DNA of 64,000 nucleotides. Origin: Phyllobates terribilis (Eukaryota). Where the stretch lies: positions 117,118,001-117,182,000 of the forward strand of contig NW_027362773.1 of the NCBI RefSeq assembly GCF_046119375.1, given 5' to 3'. The notes under the pieces were generated by a model, which was not told the DNA's origin, did not search any database, and saw nothing but the letters and a program-made list of their open reading frames with translations. Below, one piece after another: positions 63,309-64,000 of the stretch. Position 1 is the stretch's first letter, and every line of letters begins with the position of its first letter. The translations under genes were made by a program, and so were the position numbers.

Positions 63309-64000
63309 GTACCATTTTCGGGCACGTGACATTTTTTGATCGCTTTCTATTCCGATTTTTGGGAGGCAGAATAAACAAAAACCAACAATTCAGGAATTGT
63401 TTTTTTTGGTTATGCCATTCCGCGTGTGGTAAAATTGATAAGGCAGCTTTATTCTTCTGGTCAGTATGTTTACAGTGATACTACATTTATATAGTTTTTT
63501 ATGTTTTGATGCTTTTACACAATAAAAACTATTTTATAGAAAAAAATATTTTTTTTGCATCGCTTTATTCTGAGAGCTATAACTTTTTTATTTTTCGGCT
63601 CATAGAGCTGCATGGAGGGTTGTTTTTTCCGGGACAAGATGACGTTTTTAGCGGTACCATTTTTATTTACATTCGTCTTTTTGATCGCGTTTTATTCCAT
63701 TTTTTGTTTGGCAGTATGATAAAGCATTCATTTTTTTTTGTTTTTGTTTTACTATTTTCACTAAAGGGGTTAACTAGTGGGACAGTTTTATAGGTCAGGT
63801 TGTTCCGGACGTGGCAATACCAAATATGTGTACTTTTTTTGTTTGTTTTTTTTCATAACAATATTTATTTATGGGTATAGTATCTTTTTATTTTTTTTTT
63901 TATTTTTTTTTTAATTGTTTGTAAAATATTTTACTTTTTTTTTCACTTTTTTTTCACTTTCTGACACTTTTACACTTTGTCCCACTATGGGACTTTAATT

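Larger units (their letters stand above)
60619..64000. mobile_element. piggyBac-like non-autonomous composite element running off the window
   Basis: TTAA-CCCCTTT start; internal ~397-bp duplication (TTTGGGCGCA at 61371 and 61768); interrupted by an LTR at 62443. Confidence 0.55.

Noticed and set aside
44400-64000. UBXN1, the next gene in human synteny
   Set aside because: I found no UBA- or UBX-like coding sequence on either strand in this window.

Overview
Vertebrate genomic DNA, most likely from a frog (inferred from the repeat families). It carries three syntenic genes. GNG3 is on the minus strand (2 coding exons, 75 aa). BSCL2/seipin is on the plus strand (9 coding exons, 368 aa). LRRN4CL is on the plus strand (one coding exon, 283 aa). 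Most of the remaining sequence is transposon-derived: seven Tc1/mariner copies, a Chapaev3-like element, T2/Kolobok-, Harbinger-, pogo- and piggyBac-like MITEs, two tRNA-SINEs, a DIRS fragment, four solo LTRs and two minisatellites. The most interesting signal is a set of type I hammerhead ribozyme motifs read directly from the sequence. Four belong to one ~326-nt retrozyme/Penelope-like repeat family (consensus TTTGCA-CTGAYGA-GGGG-CAAYA-CCCC-GAAA-CACCGTG-TC-TGCAAA) that sits in GNG3 and BSCL2 introns, twice as divergent inverted arms. Three more lie in other Penelope-like remnants. Other notable structures are a ~1.2-kb inversion splitting one Tc1 transposase, a 33-bp minisatellite expanded in frame inside a Tc1 transposase with higher-order repeats, and an unclassified 381-bp tandem repeat whose unit junction was hit by both a Tc1 and an LTR. 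All calls come from reading the sequence by eye; no search or folding program was run.
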